Assembly (NCBI RefSeq): GCF_006345805.1 | Contig: NC_043003.1 | Coordinates: 93,930,001 to 93,994,000, forward strand | Reading direction: 5' to 3' | DNA from: Octopus sinensis | Lineage: Eukaryota | Length of the DNA: 64,000 nt | Shown: positions 1 to 15,042 of the stretch, in pieces | How positions within the stretch are numbered: the first letter of the stretch is position 1 | How the letters are laid out: each line of letters begins with the position of its first letter | The notes under the pieces: model-generated | Database searches by the model: none | What the model saw: only the letters and a program-made list of their open reading frames with translations | What the model was told of the DNA's origin: nothing | Position numbers and translations under genes: made by a program

Positions 1-289
1 TTAAGCAACTGACAGGCAAATTTGTGGTATTGAGCAGAACATTTGCTGTAGCGGATCTCATTATTATTATTAGAGTCTCCTCTTGATCGATGTAAACCCC
101 ACCTGTTTTATGTGTTGTGTCTCTTCCTTTGGTATTGTTGTCAATGTCTTGCGTTTTTTGCTACCTATAAAAAAAATCATTATTATTATTGTTGTTGTTG
201 TTGGTGGTGTTGATGCTGCAACTGTTACTGAAGTTGTCGACGTCGCTGCCGTCATCGTCGTCGTTGTTGTTCTGCACTCTTAGTTTTAT

Positions 290-3100
290 TCAATGCTTTT
301 ACTGCATTATCTGTATGACTTTAGTATCTTCAACTTTTGGCTTTTGTTCATGTTGTATTGAAAGAATTTCATGTACAGTGTCCTGCAGTAATATTTTCTG
401 CATGTGTGCAAACTCAAGAATCCTTTGCGTTTTGGTTGTTTTCTCTGCACACTTTTCGATCTTTCCCAAAGCGCTTATTATTATAAGGAGTATTTCTCTT
501 TTCAGCCCCCTCATTGGAATTATCTCTATTTCCAAATCTTTGTATCTGTATAATATTTCTGTTTCATTGAGAGCTTCACTGTCATCTGATAATTTAGTTA
601 GGAGGCATTTATGTTCTTGGCGATTCTTGACAAAAATGTGGTCGTTTCCCTTGATCTTCATGTTTCTGTATATTGTCATATCCCAGGGTATAATTGTTTT
701 TTCATTCTCTAAACATTTTTCTGGTGTATGCTTATGCCAGCTCTTTTCTGTTGATAATTCAAACATTCTGGCATAATTTCCAGTGTAAGTCTCAACTATG
801 TCATGTAACTGTGGATGCATTCTTTCTTAGCTAAGACAAGAGATATCAGAGAAAATGTGTTAATTGTTCCTGCCCAATCTCCATATATTTTTGTAGTAAA
901 ATTAATGTCCTTTTTTTAATTATACGCTTTTTGTGATTAGTGATGCGTAAACTTTGATCCTGTGCCACTGCCAAAAATTCTTAGTCTCAGCATTTAGCCT
1001 CACGATTCTCATTGTTGTAATTTTTCTTTACCTACTTCTACCTCCTATTCTGTTTTTTTTTCAAGCGTTGCCACCGCATAGAGAGTTGTTTTATCATAGC
1101 ATATTGTAGTTCATTTAAAACTAACATGTTAACCACTTCATAATATTTGTTGTTGGTTCTCCATTTTCATTAAAAATATTTTCATTTAAACTTCTTTTGT
1201 ATTTGTTGGCTTCCTCGAATCCTTGAAGAGAAGAACAGTTTACTCCCTTTGTTCAAGCCTTGTAGCTATCTGTATTAATTTCCCTTTATTCGTTTCCTGG
1301 TATATTTATAGTCGTACGGTAGATATTGTATAATAGATCTCCAGTTACATAAGGCCCCTACCTACGTTGTTCGAAGTAAGGTGTATCAGATTTTATCTGC
1401 TGTTTTTCCAAATATTGTAATTATCTTCTAGTATTTATCAGTCTAGTTTATTTGTCATTCAGTTGAAAATGTTATAACTTATTACTTGGACAACTAAACT
1501 GTTGAAGCCAATGTCATTATCATTTTTAAAAAAATTGTATTTCGCTATATTTACGCTTTGTAATATTCTTTCATAATTTTTTTTTTTGATTTGTGTGTGT
1601 GTTGTGTATTGTCTAGTTCATTGATACCTATGTATTTGCATGTCAGTGTTTGGTTTAAATATGCTATCTCTCTTTATTCATCACGATTTAGGTGTTCTTA
1701 ATTTTCCTGTTTCCAAGGTTGCTTTGGAATATTTTCTTATCTAAATCTCAAATGATTTCTGAGGTAAATCCATGCAGTGTATGAAGTAAGAGTTTCTATT
1801 TGTTTTCATCATCAGCAACATACACCTTAAGGTCATCCATATACAAAAGATCTTTGATTGTCTTTCCTTCGAGTCTAGCCCTATTCAGCACGTTGGCTGA
1901 ACTTGTCAGTACCATAACGAAAAGGAATGGCGAAAGAGAGACTCCTTAGAATATTTTTCTTGTATCTATGGAAACAGCTTTAAGTTTTATAATTCTTTCT
2001 TTTACAAAATTGTTTGCCATTTTGTCATGGCATGCTTTATGCATCTTCCTTTTACTGGTGATGCTTTATTCATTGTTAGTTTTTCCTGAATCCATGTGTC
2101 AAAAGAAATCCATGTGGCAAAAAGTCATTCAGAACCTTTATTCTATTTTCGTAGTTTTAGTTATAGTTTTGTTGATCATTCATTGATCTAGATGTTTGTT
2201 TACACTCTGCGCCGTTATTGCAGTTAAAGCTATGTAAAATTGTTGGAAGGTATTTTATAGGTCTATACTTTTGGGTGTTGTAGCTTCTTTAGTTTCAGAA
2301 ATCAAAGATGATTTACCTCACACTTTGCCCAATAGGTGATGTCTCCTGCTTCGACAGCTATTCATTAAATGTCTCTGCTAGAATATTATGCGTCTTTGGT
2401 ACTTTATAATCGTTCGCTCTTTTAAAACTTCTAGTTATTCGTTTGTTCAGATGCTGTATTTGATGTTTGACCAGTATTTCCGTGGTGATTTCTTCGATTT
2501 CCCATATTTTTACCCAAATTGTTGTACTCTTCTAACTGTTGATGCTTCGTTGATTTCTTTATTTTTACCGAGTTTTTGAGAAAATTATTTTGAATTGGAT
2601 GTTTTTTTCCTCCTTTTTTCAAAGAACCGTTTAACATTTTTCATACCGACAGATTATTTGCCATTTAACAGGAATATTTCATTCTAAGAATCTCTTGATT
2701 CCGGGTATTTCATTTTATTATGTTATATTTTTGTAGTAGTTCTCTCTCTCTCTCTCTCTCTTTTTAGCTGTTTGTTTTGTGATTAATCTCATTAACGATT
2801 CTGAGATCTTTTCTTCCATTAAAGGTTTTTCTTATTTGATATTCCTCTTTCATTGAATCAGAGAGAATATCCATTTCTCTTTCTAACTCCAGAGGCTGCT
2901 GTATATATTATTTCATTCAGACTGCTAATATTGATTTTTGTATTTGTGATGGCCAACTGTGACAATTTTATTATTGTTACTATTTTATTGGGAAGCTTTA
3001 ACTTGGAAGGGACTTTCATCAGCCCATGGGAAGATCTGCTCTGTAATTCTTGAATCATATCAATATTTTAGAGAGTCTGGGACATAATTTCCATCTTCAC
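290..3100 (-). mobile_element. Heavily decayed R4/Dong-like RLE non-LTR retrotransposon
   Basis: ORF 299-820 resembles the RLE endonuclease C-terminus (WDMTIY...YKDLEIEI...IISALG...QK) seen in the intact copies at 5450 and 6644. The minus strand at ~1815-1850 reads LLYMDDLKVY (RT catalytic motif). Many stops and frameshifts; boundaries approximate. Confidence 0.75.
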
Positions 3101-4375
3101 AATTTTCTATTCTTAAATATTTCTCATATACCCCTTTATTTACATTTTTGTTTGATATTTTGTTTTATCTTGTAAACCATTGATGTTTACAAATCTGGTT
3201 TACAAATTAACTATGTTAGTAGTAAAAGACTACTTCAAATCTTTTATAATATTTTAAAAGAAAACACTTGTTGTTTACTTCTTGTTCAACATAACTTATT
3301 CTTAGAGGTACTGCTTAGAAGTGTGGCTGCAGAAAATACGCCTCTAGGAATCTCAATAAAAAGTTTTGAAAAGAATAACACAGTCTGAAAACATCGAACA
3401 GAAATAAATGAATACTGATCTAGTTGAAGGTACAAACATATATGACACTCTAACAAATAAAAATATACGAATATTTCTGATATTGTTAGATACAACAGGA
3501 ATGCTTTCTTTAGCATTGTTCGTCAGAGGACGGTGCCTGATTTTGGTTGGCTCCTGGAAATGGAAAACAAAACATGTAAGAGGAATAAGTCAAAGAACTG
3601 GAAGAAAAGATGAGTTACACCCATGCTTTACCATGAAGAATTAAGGACTCCATGTTCCTTCAAAGGAACAACTGGATGAAGCATTTACCGATATGTGGAA
3701 TGATATAGTTTTTGATCAACCAGAATAGAATGGACTGTGTGCTGGGTCTTTGAAACCAAACACTGGGCAGGCAACAAATGAGTTCATGTACTACACACCT
3801 CACAGGCTGGAGTCGAAATTGTCTTGCCATACTGTACTAATCAAAAGGTAGCGATGCAGTTGCATGCTGTACTTAAATACCTTTGATTGGCCTATATGTG
3901 ATAATGCTATAATTTTCATAACAATGACATCACTACTATGTTGTTCTTTTAAAACTGAACTTGTTTCGTTTAGTGTTTCTTGTCGTAAGCTACTATTGCT
4001 TATTATTATTGGTCAACATAGTCACTGACTTATGTAGCTCTTTCATTTATCAACGATATTATTGCAATATTTCAGCCCCCAAAAAATTAAACGTTCACAG
4101 GCCAACGACATTGATTGTAACATCAACCGTTGGCAAGTCGTCACTGCAGAAGCATAGTATGGAAACGTAGCAGGCACCGAAATGACTCAAAATAAGATAC
4201 GATCATATTTGTTTGAATATGCAAATCTGTATGACTCTCAACCACACATCATTTCTTTTTAAAGATGTACACCATTGTAAGAGAAGAATAGAAGGAAATG
4301 GCTTTGACGGTACAAGGCAGTTGTTGTACATGTGGACGTGAGGGTCACATAAGGAGGAACTGGAAAAGAACAAGA

Positions 4376-4455
4376 GCAGAGAGAGAGAGAGAAAGAAAGA
4401 GAAAGAGAGAGAGAGACAGAGATACAGACAGACAGAGGGAGAAAGACAGAGAGAT
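4376..4455. repeat. (GA)n/(GACA)n purine-rich microsatellite
   Basis: Directly visible repeat. Confidence 0.9.
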
Positions 4456-4821
4456 GCACAGTAGATTAAACAACAACATCAACACTAGCAGGTCCCAGAA
4501 ACAGCCGTCCCAAGATCACAACTGGTCGCAACCCAAAAGGTTGTTGCGAAAAACCATGCTCCTCTACCTGAGTATCAGAAGCGGACAACCAAGTAATCTA
4601 AGATTTTCTTCTAGGGGTACCACTCACGTTCTTGCAACGATAGGGAGGATAAAGAGACTGGAAAGAGAGAAAGAAGACACTGAAGAGGAAGGGCGAGTTA
4701 CACTACAGGCATCCAAGAAGCTTCAGAAGAAACCCAGTTTCCAGTTTACAATGCTTAGAAATGACGACGACCACAAATAGATATCTGAATAACTGAAATA
4801 AATCATCATCGTCAACGTTAT

Positions 4822-4879
<58 letters not shown>
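4822..4879. repeat. (TAC)n microsatellite
   Basis: Directly visible repeat. Confidence 0.95.
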
Positions 4880-5025
4880 GTTTGAGTTCAAATGCTGCCG
4901 AAGTGGACTTAGCCTTTTACCCTTTCGGGGTCGATAAGATAAGTTCCAGTTAAGCATCATGGTCGATTTAATTGACTGCCAAGCTCCCGCAAAGTTTCAG
5001 GTCTTGTGCCTACATTCAGAACAAT
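4880..5025 (+). mobile_element. SINE fragment (family A, Meta/MESC-like core)
   Basis: gagttcaaat...gccttttaccctttcggggtcgataag matches the copies at 8400, 35540, 52625 and 60412. Ends in an (ATT)n tail. Confidence 0.75.
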
Positions 5026-5036
5026 TATTATTATTA

Positions 5037-5077
<41 letters not shown>

Positions 5078-5119
5078 GGTGTTGTTGTTGTTGTTATTGT
5101 TGTTGTTGTTGTTGTTGTT

Positions 5120-5205
<86 letters not shown>

Positions 5206-5217
5206 TTCATCATCATC

Positions 5218-5291
<74 letters not shown>

Positions 5292-5295
5292 CATT
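5024..5295. repeat. Compound trinucleotide array (TTA)n-(TTG)n-(TCA)n-(TTA)n
   Basis: Directly visible; explains the poly-amino-acid ORFs in the track. Confidence 0.95.
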
Positions 5296-6406
<1,111 letters not shown>

Positions 6407-6407
<1 letters not shown>

Positions 6408-8298
6408 TATGTTTGACTTTTGCTTTATGTCTGTACAAGTTGGCTCCAAGTCTCACCCAGAGACCTCAAGAGACAACAGGTTTGAAGTTCTGTGCCATAT
6501 ATTTGGGTTTTTTTTTTTTTTGGTGTTGTACTAGTGAATGTCTAATACATAACAATAAAATTTTTAAAAAAATAAAATAAAATAAACTAAAATAAAATAG
6601 ATAAATAAATAAATTTCTTAAAAGTTTGTTTTAAACCTTGGGGTCACATAGAGAGTATTTTGCGTAGGATATGAGCAGTTCCCATGAGCACTATCTTTTG
6701 AATTTCTGCCATTTTGGGGTTTCCTGGTATCTGAGTTAGGTAGCAATTAGTCCCTTTCGCTATCATTCCCAGGGCACCTATGACAACAGGTATTGTTTTA
6801 GTCTTCAGCTTCCACATTTTGCTGATTTCTATTTCAAGATCTTTATATTTGCTCAGTTTTTGGTAGGTCTTGACAGATACGTTTATATCGATTGGGACAG
6901 TCATATCAATGAGGAGGCATGTTCTTTGTCTGAAGTCTTTCAATATGATGTGTTGCCTATTTGCATCTATCTTCCTGTCAGTTTGAATGGTGAAGTTCCA
7001 GAGGAGTGAGATGTGGTCATTTTCAAGCACTGGAGGTGGATTGTGTTCCCACCAGTTTTTTTCATGGGGCAAATCCAGGTTTTTGCAAATTACCCAGTGA
7101 ATATATTGTGCAGCTCTATCATGCCTGTTGAGGTACTCTGTAGGCGCTAGAAGACTGCATTTGGAGACAACATGATCAATGGTTTCATTTTGTTGTCGGT
7201 ATACACGACATGTTGGGCTACTGCCGTTCTTTAATATGTTGGCCTGGTAGTTTCTTGTTGGTAGGCATTGATTTTGAGCTGCTATGATAAACCCCTCTGT
7301 TTCAGATTTTAAGCTAGAGGCCATTAGCCATTGATGGGTCAGGGCTTTGTCAATATCTGCATTATTCGCTCTCTTTGGGTATTTGCCATAGAGAGGTTTT
7401 TCTTGCCATTTATTATTCAGAATATCTAAGGCCGCAGTTTTGGCACGGGTTTTCATGCGCTTAGCTTTTTCTGTACTTGTTTCTTGTATGTCTATCTCTA
7501 ATTCCGAAATTGGTTGTATTCGGAATTCACTTAGATATTCCTTTGCCAGTTTTGTGACTGAGTATGATGCTTTCTTGTTTTCATGTTTTGAGACAAGTTT
7601 TAACATCCAGTCCTCGGAGTTTTTCAGGTAGGTGTCTAGGCCAATTGTCGCAATCTTCATTGTTATTGCCAGTTGTAAAAGACCACGGCCTCCCTCTTTT
7701 CTTGGCAGATAGAGTCGTTCTGTATCTGCCTTAGGGTGGTGCATTCTATGCATTGTCAACAGTTTCCTTATTTTTCTGTCGAGCTGACATATTTCAGTAA
7801 TTGACCAGTTAACAATATTGAAACTGTAAGTCACGACTGGTATAACTAATGCATTGATCGCTTCGATCCTGTTTCTCGCATTCAGCTCTGTCTTGAGTAT
7901 TGCTCTCACTCTTCGATAGCATTCTCTCCTGATCCTTTCCTTTCTCTCTGAATGCCTTATTCCGTTCCCTTCAATTACCCCTAGGTACTTGTAGCTCTCC
8001 GCTGGGTCTAGTTCTTTTATGACATTCTGCTGGTCAAGGTTAATGTTAGATGTTTCTGTCATTTTTCCTTTGATAAAGGTAGCTTTTGCACATTTATCGA
8101 GGCCGAATTGCATTCTGATGTCGTCACTGAATTGTTTGACTATCGCTAGTAAGCCCTCGAGTTGTTGGTCATTTTTTGCAAAAAGCTTTAAATCATCCAT
8201 GTAAATGAGATGATTTATATTTTTATCAAACATTTTATACCCATACTGCGCATCATTGAGCAGCTTTGAGAGAGGTATTAAGGATAAACAAAAGATAT
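6407..8298 (-). mobile_element. 5'-truncated R4/Dong-like RLE retrotransposon, second subfamily (partial RT, knuckle, RLE)
   Basis: ORF 6644-8233 (529 aa) has HLIYMDDLKLF, FGLDKC, YKYLG, GGRGL, ETIDHVVSKC, RHD and KYKDL. TAA repeats lie on both flanks. Confidence 0.93.
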
Positions 8299-8397
8299 TA
8301 TTATTATATTATTATTATATTATTATTATTATTATTATAATCATCCTTTCCTCGTAATTACTGGCCTTGTGCCAAACTTTAAAATCATTATAATTAT

Positions 8398-8625
8398 TAT
8401 GGACGGGGAACTCGCAGAATCGTTAGTACGCCGAGCAAACTGTTTAGCAGCATTTCGTCTGTTTTTAAGTTCTGAGTTCAAATTCCACCCGGTTGACGTT
8501 GCATTTCATCCTTTCGGGGTCGATAAAAGAAGTACCAATTGAGCACTGAGATCGATGCAATCGACTTACCCCACCTCCAAAATGTCTGGCCTTGTGCTAA
8601 AATTTGAAATCATTATTATTATAAT
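8398..8625 (+). mobile_element. SINE family A, near full length
   Basis: Head with B-box-like gagttcaaattcc, core tttcatcctttcggggtcgataaa, tail ggccttgtgctaaaatttgaaatcattatta. Confidence 0.8.
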
Positions 8626-8799
8626 GATAACTCTCAGCTTATTTTGTTGGGTGTGATGGAAAATGTCAGCTGCCCACAGCCAGCAGACTAAGGTGACACT
8701 TGTTTCCTGATCATGCTTCAAGAATCCTGCAAAGAAATTTTGCAGTTCCAAGCAATGAGGATTTTTGTAGGAGTTCTATCTTTTGTAGTTCTATCTGGT

Positions 8800-8938
<139 letters not shown>

Positions 8939-9231
8939 AAAGAAAAATTGTTAATTTCCCTTTGTTGGGATTTGTTATTAATTTTTTGCTCTCCACTTTT
9001 TGCGATAGAAGAATCCATGATCCTACAAAAATGGGCTGTACCTTTGTTTGTATCCCTCTGGGACTATACTTTTAAAGAATAAAAAGGTTGTTAAGAAATA
9101 TGGCGACAGTATTAGACTGCCAGAGAATAAGAAAAAGAAATGGGAGGTGATTTAGCAGCGAGGAGGAGTTTCCCGCTCATAGACACTCCTTTACTAAGTC
9201 ATTCCTCTTTTCACAGCCATCGGTGTAAACA

Positions 9232-9570
9232 TACCACTATCACCGTCGCCACTGCTACCTCAACAATCACCTCGGCCACGGCCACCTCCACCACGACGTA
9301 GACCACCATGGCATCATCACCACCATCATCATCACCACCACCACCACCACCACCACAGCTATTAACACGACCATCACCACCAGGAACACTATGACCACCA
9401 CAATAACCATCATCACTTCACCACCACCACCACCACCACCACCACCACCACCACCATTACCACTACGGTTATTCCTCATCTAGACCGTCACCATCATGAC
9501 CATCACTATAGCAACGATTGCGACGACCATCACCATCACCACCACTACCACCACTACCACACCGTCATCC
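9232..9570. repeat. Degenerate (CAC/CAT)n low-complexity tract
   Basis: Directly visible repeat. Confidence 0.85.
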
Positions 9571-11540
9571 CAATTACGTGATTTTGTAAACAGAAAATCA
9601 AAACGATTGTGAAGTGATATTATCATTAGCCAAACACTGTCACTGACAAGAACCATGTCACCATCATCTAGGATACGATCATACACAGAGATAAGAAAAT
9701 GAACACCAGCAAACACTGTTGACGTTGCAATCGCTCTGTTGTACACGTTACAGGTAACCAAAATCACATAGGCGCACAAAAGTATATTCACAATTATGCA
9801 TTAACATAAGACACTCGCAGTGTACACACAAACAGCTTCTCATTCAAATTTAGGTATGTACTCATAAACACATGCCAGAATAGTTATGCATGTATCTGTG
9901 CGTACGTAAGTGTGTTTTGCTTTTTTACATGTCATTCGTCATCCTTAGCTCATTATACATTCCGTTCCATATTTGGGGGAAAAAAGTGATGAGTATGGTT
10001 TGTTAATAAACTAATTAACTTGTACGTTTCATACAAACTAATTAATCTATTAATAATTCAGTTTTAACCAGGGGAGCTGAAAAAATATATTTAGTATAGA
10101 ATATTGAATATTCAAGATATTTCATATAGAGCTAAGATACGACTAAATACTATGATAAATATGTGAATGTTTTGTAAACCACATAAAGGAAAAGTTTGCT
10201 CTTGGAAAGCTGGATATTCAGCATAGTCCATTACACGAAAGATTTAATTTTACTCCATATTTCTAACGGTTTAGAAATGGATGAATAGAAAGGCTCGTGG
10301 CTTTCAGCTGAACCTCTGAGTTTGATGATAGAAAAGAAAGACGAAACTATGACGAAACTATGACTATGCTTGCTGCATCTGGAAACAGTATATCAAGATA
10401 TTAAGTTGTTTCAGACTGGAGCCCTCACCAGAAAGCTTGCAATACAGTGTAATCCACGGACGGCATCAGCTGATGCTCTTGAACAGGCTGAAAGTTTGTG
10501 CCTACCTTCCAAGGTCTTACAGGCGTCTATACAGTTTCGATTTATCTATTTTTACTCGTGTGGCTTTGGTCGTCTCGAAGCTATGACAGAGGGCACTGCT
10601 CAAAATATCAGATAGAACTGATAGAATTGATGGAGATAGAATTCATAACCACGTGATTATTATGCAAACTTCTTAACCACACAACAGCGCTTAATGTTCA
10701 ATTGACAATTCTTGTGATCTGCTACTCTAGTACAATATTTATTCGATTAGTTCTAGATATTTTGCTAATTTCCAATAACTTTTTGATCAGTTTTTCATAA
10801 AAAAAACAAGCATATTTAATTTAGTGGAGAAGTTCAAAATGGTAAGTTGGAAGTACTCTATGTCACTAGACAGAATATGCAAATTGGATTGTCAATGCAC
10901 ATATTTCAGTTCAGACACTATGTAATTTAAGAAACAAATAAAACAAAAAATGATATTATCTGCAGTGAGCAGATCTTGATAAATTATTCAAAAATGCATA
11001 TATCGTAATTTCCATCGGCAAACGAATGAAGATTCACACAAGTTCAAAACAGCATTATTCATTTATCCATCACTGATTAGTGATCGTTATCTTTCGCTTG
11101 AACGAACTTAAATAAGTAGATATATGAGAAATTTTATGTAAATGATTCTAATAACTCGATAGATTCCATAAAATTTTATCTATCTTCATTTTTACCGGAT
11201 CTGTTTTCCTGTTAGATAAATGCAATAAACTAAATGGGGCCAATACGTTAGATTTTCTGTCATGGTGCAGATTTATCTTAGGATTTGTACTCAACAATGG
11301 GATACACAGGTGCATCAATAGTTGCATGGTTAAGGTCCCACTACACGTCACCTTCAGCGGATGCCACCTACCGTAGCTTCGTGCTAACTTAAGAAATTGT
11401 GAACAGAGAAGCGGTGTAAAAACCCCTCGTTTATAACATACATATATTTATTGAGATCTATATCTATGTATATCTTCCTTTCTGCCTTTACTATCTTCTC
11501 TCTCTTTTACATATGTATACACGCGTGTATATATATATAT

Positions 11541-11880
11541 AAAGGTAAAAACCCCCTTCGGTCATGAATGACCATGGGATTGCACCTAGAAAGTTACCCT
11601 CCTAGACACAAGTCCGGGAAAGGTTGTTTATGGAAGACCAGCAGTCGCCCATGCATACCAGCCTCCCCTCTCCACGCCACCAGTGTTATCCAAGGGAAAG
11701 ACAAAGGTCGATACAGCTTGGCACCAGTGACGTCGCAACCCATTTCTACAGCTGAGTGAACTGGAGCAACGTGAAATAAAGTGCCTTGCTCAAGAACACA
11801 ACACGCATCCCGGTCCGGGATTCGAGCTCACAACCTCACGATCGTAAGCTCGACGCTCTAACCACTGAGCCATGCGCCTT

Positions 11881-11883
<3 letters not shown>
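11541..11883 (-). mobile_element. tRNA-derived SINE (family C)
   Basis: Minus strand begins ggcgcatggctcagtggttagagcgtc...gagctcgaatccc (A/B boxes), followed by gttcttgagcaaggcactt and cactcagctgtagaaatggg core-like motifs. Flanked by (TA)n. Confidence 0.85.
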
Positions 11884-11932
<49 letters not shown>

Positions 11933-11979
11933 TATATGTATGTATGTATGCATGTATGCATGTATGTATGCATATATAT

Positions 11980-12021
<42 letters not shown>

Positions 12022-12024
<3 letters not shown>

Positions 12025-12335
12025 TTTACTCTTTTACTTGTTTCAGTCATTTGACTGCGGCCATGCTGGAGCACCGCCTTTAGTCGAGCAAATCGACCCC
12101 GGGACTTATTCTTTGTAAGCCCAGTACTTATTCTATCGGTCTCTTTTGCCGAACCGCTAAGTGACGGGGACGTAAACACACCACAGACACAGAAACATAT
12201 ACACACACACTTATATATATATACATATATACGACAGGCTTCTTTCAATTTCCGTCTACCAAATCCACTCACAAAGCTTTGGTCGGCCCGGGGCTATGGC
12301 AGAAGACACTTGCCCAAGATGCCACTCCTGCGCCT
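12022..12335 (-). mobile_element. SINE family B (CORE-like), internally deleted
   Basis: Reverse complement of the family at 26186-26570 (cttgggcaagtgtcttct...gactaaaggcggtgctccagcatggccgcagtcaaatgactgaaac). Confidence 0.9.
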
Positions 12336-12395
12336 ATATATATATATATATATATGCACACATACATACATCTGCATATAAACATACATATATGT

Positions 12396-13560
12396 ACAGG
12401 GTCCTGCAGATAAACTGAGGCAATTTTTACGATGCATGAAACTGTTTATAAATAACGTGAGTAGACAGATATGATTTTAATTTAATATTTATTACAACAA
12501 AAACATTTATTACTCAATATGGCAGCCGTTTTGGACAAATTACTTCCTCCAAACGAGAACTAAATTGTTTTGCAGCTGCTGCAACCTCCACCGTTTTGAT
12601 TTTGCGTGTCTCACGCACGATGCGGGTCTTCAAACTGTTGACACCCGAGTGTGGTGAAGCACTGGTCCTTGCTTAAAGTAATTGAGAAGGTTGAGATCTG
12701 GGCTATTACTGGGCAAAAAAATGGCACCTTCTCACCAAGGAAGGTCTGTGTTGCTTTTGACCTATGGCATGGTGCAAAATCCTGGATAAGCACCACATTG
12801 TCAAGCCCAAACCGTTGCTCCATCCAAAGTAACAGAGTTCTTCAGGATGTACAAATACTCCTTTGTGCCGATCTTCAAGCCAGAATCAATGAAGTAATGG
12901 TCCATGACACTTTTCTCACTCTCCACGGCTCCAAATACCATCACAGGTGCAAGATTCTTAGTCTCATACACAGTGGGGATGTCAAAAGGGTAGTATACAG
13001 TCATTCGAGAATTTCTGCGATTCACTGCAGCGTCCACAGTGAACTTCATCTCGTTCACAAACACGAGAGTTTTTTCTGCACGTTGATGCTTTAATGAATG
13101 AGAGAAGCTGAGAGTATCTCTTGGTTCTGGTCGCTTTGACATTGGCTGTTAGGAGGTGACGGCGTTGCTGAACATAGCTAGTCAGGCCAAGGTTCTTGTT
13201 TACAACTCTGGACACCGTGCGTTTCTTTGCAAGAGTTGAATGGATGAATTGGCTTCAACCGAGCGTTTGAGGCCAGCGAGAAACATTGGATTGTACTTGG
13301 ATCACACTTATGTTCTTCAATCTATCAATTTTCCCCTCATTTTGAATTGTTTATACACACGATAAACTACTGCTTTTGGAAGTTTCGTCAATTTAACAAT
13401 TTCATTGGCAGTATGCCCGGCAAGCACTTTGGCGGAACGATTCAGTTGTTTCATGACTTTCAGTTGTGGAATCAATTCGCTATTAACCGAAAAATGAAGG
13501 GGGATTAGTTTTTCAAGCAAGCAAGTTTTTGTCAAAAAATGGAAAAATTATATCCACTAA
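12396..13560 (-). mobile_element. Decayed Tc1/mariner-superfamily DNA transposon (maT/DD37D-like)
   Basis: TA+CAGGGTC terminus at 12396. Frameshifted fragments: HTH (GHTANEIVKLTKLPKAVVYRV), VFVNEMKFTV...NRRNSR, VMVFGAV, QDFAPCHRSKATQ. The other TIR was not found. Confidence 0.8.
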
Positions 13561-13574
13561 GTCAACTGCTTAAC

Positions 13575-13785
13575 TGTTTGACGATAGCAAGTGTGACAGC
13601 ATAGCTAGTCCACCAACTTTAAAACACTATGTCAATCAATGCCGTTCTCGCAAGTTTCATAAGGCTGAATACCATGGAAGGCTTGCAATAGATATATTTA
13701 TCCTGTTCTCCACGAATGTTAATCAGCAGAAAAAGTGGAACATTGTCATCGTCTCTAAAGAATAACTATTCACCCTTTTCCAATT
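13575..13785 (+). mobile_element. Tc1 transposase fragment, inverted copy of 17940-18145
   Basis: Aligns by eye to the reverse complement of 17940-18145 (gacgatagcaagtgtgacagca...cagcagaaaaagtgg...tattcacc). Confidence 0.8.
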
Positions 13786-14709
13786 TTGGCATGAGTTTAT
13801 GTCTAGCTTTAACCTCCCCATTCTTATAAACACCAAGTAGCTATTTAACTCCCTACGTGAACGTGTGTGCACCAAACCACACGTGTGAGTATGCTTACAT
13901 CTTCGTGGATGCTTGTATGAGCGAGTGTATATACATCCATATCCGTTAAGCGTTTTGTTGTAAAGCGTCCTTTTGCCACTGTTGTACCTGACAGATATTG
14001 TTATATTCCAAAGTCGTCGATAGAATGGTTCTATCTAGCACTGTACGACCCCCGGTCGTACAGTGTTATCATCCTCAAAAAATTGGATCGTTATAACGTC
14101 CACTCAGTATAGTTACTATATCGGCACAGACACGACTATCAACACAGTCTACTCGTACTTTCGACCTTCCTGATCTTTTCTGACGACCGGCTACTGGTCT
14201 ATTTATAGTGGTTTCCTACTACCACTTTTTACTGGAGGGGGTGTACATTTTCACTAAACAATACCTTTATCCGTTAACAGTTATTTTAAATATTCTGTAG
14301 TTTTTGGGGAGACAAATCCTAAAGCGAAACTATTTTAAATACTTTTCTCGCTGTATTGCATGCTCGTTTCTTTTCTGCATCTGTTATTTTAGTATAGATC
14401 TTCTACATAAATGAATATACATAATTTACTTTGCTGCTTTTCTTTACACTAAATGAGGAAATAAACTGCCATTTTAACGAGTTATATCTATTTATCTCCA
14501 GAAGAAACACATCTGCACCGTCGGGTGCTCCTGAACCAGTTGCTAAGTATCCCACTCGTGAGGGATCGATGCTAGATGTGTCGAAACAATTGTAGTGATT
14601 AACAAAAATTCTCGTATTTTCCATCTTCCGTCTTTCGATTGTCATATATATATATATATATAGCCTATTAAACACACGAACTAAATACATACATACATAT
14701 GTATGCATC

Positions 14710-14711
14710 TG

Positions 14712-14806
<95 letters not shown>

Positions 14807-14807
14807 G

Positions 14808-14860
<53 letters not shown>

Positions 14861-14902
14861 GCATATATACATGTATGCATACACACACACACACACATAC
14901 AC

Positions 14903-14951
<49 letters not shown>

Positions 14952-15042
14952 CACACACACATATATGCTTGTGTCTGTGTGTGCGTTCGTGCGTGTGCGT
15001 ATATGTTGTGAACGTGTTAGTGTGTGCGTGTGTGTGTGTGTG
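14710..15042. repeat. (TCTA)n plus (CA)n/(TA)n/(TG)n microsatellite cluster
   Basis: Directly visible repeat. Confidence 0.95.

Noticed and set aside
11800-11883. tRNA gene
   Set aside because: The tRNA-like A/B boxes run directly into SINE body sequence, so this is a SINE head.
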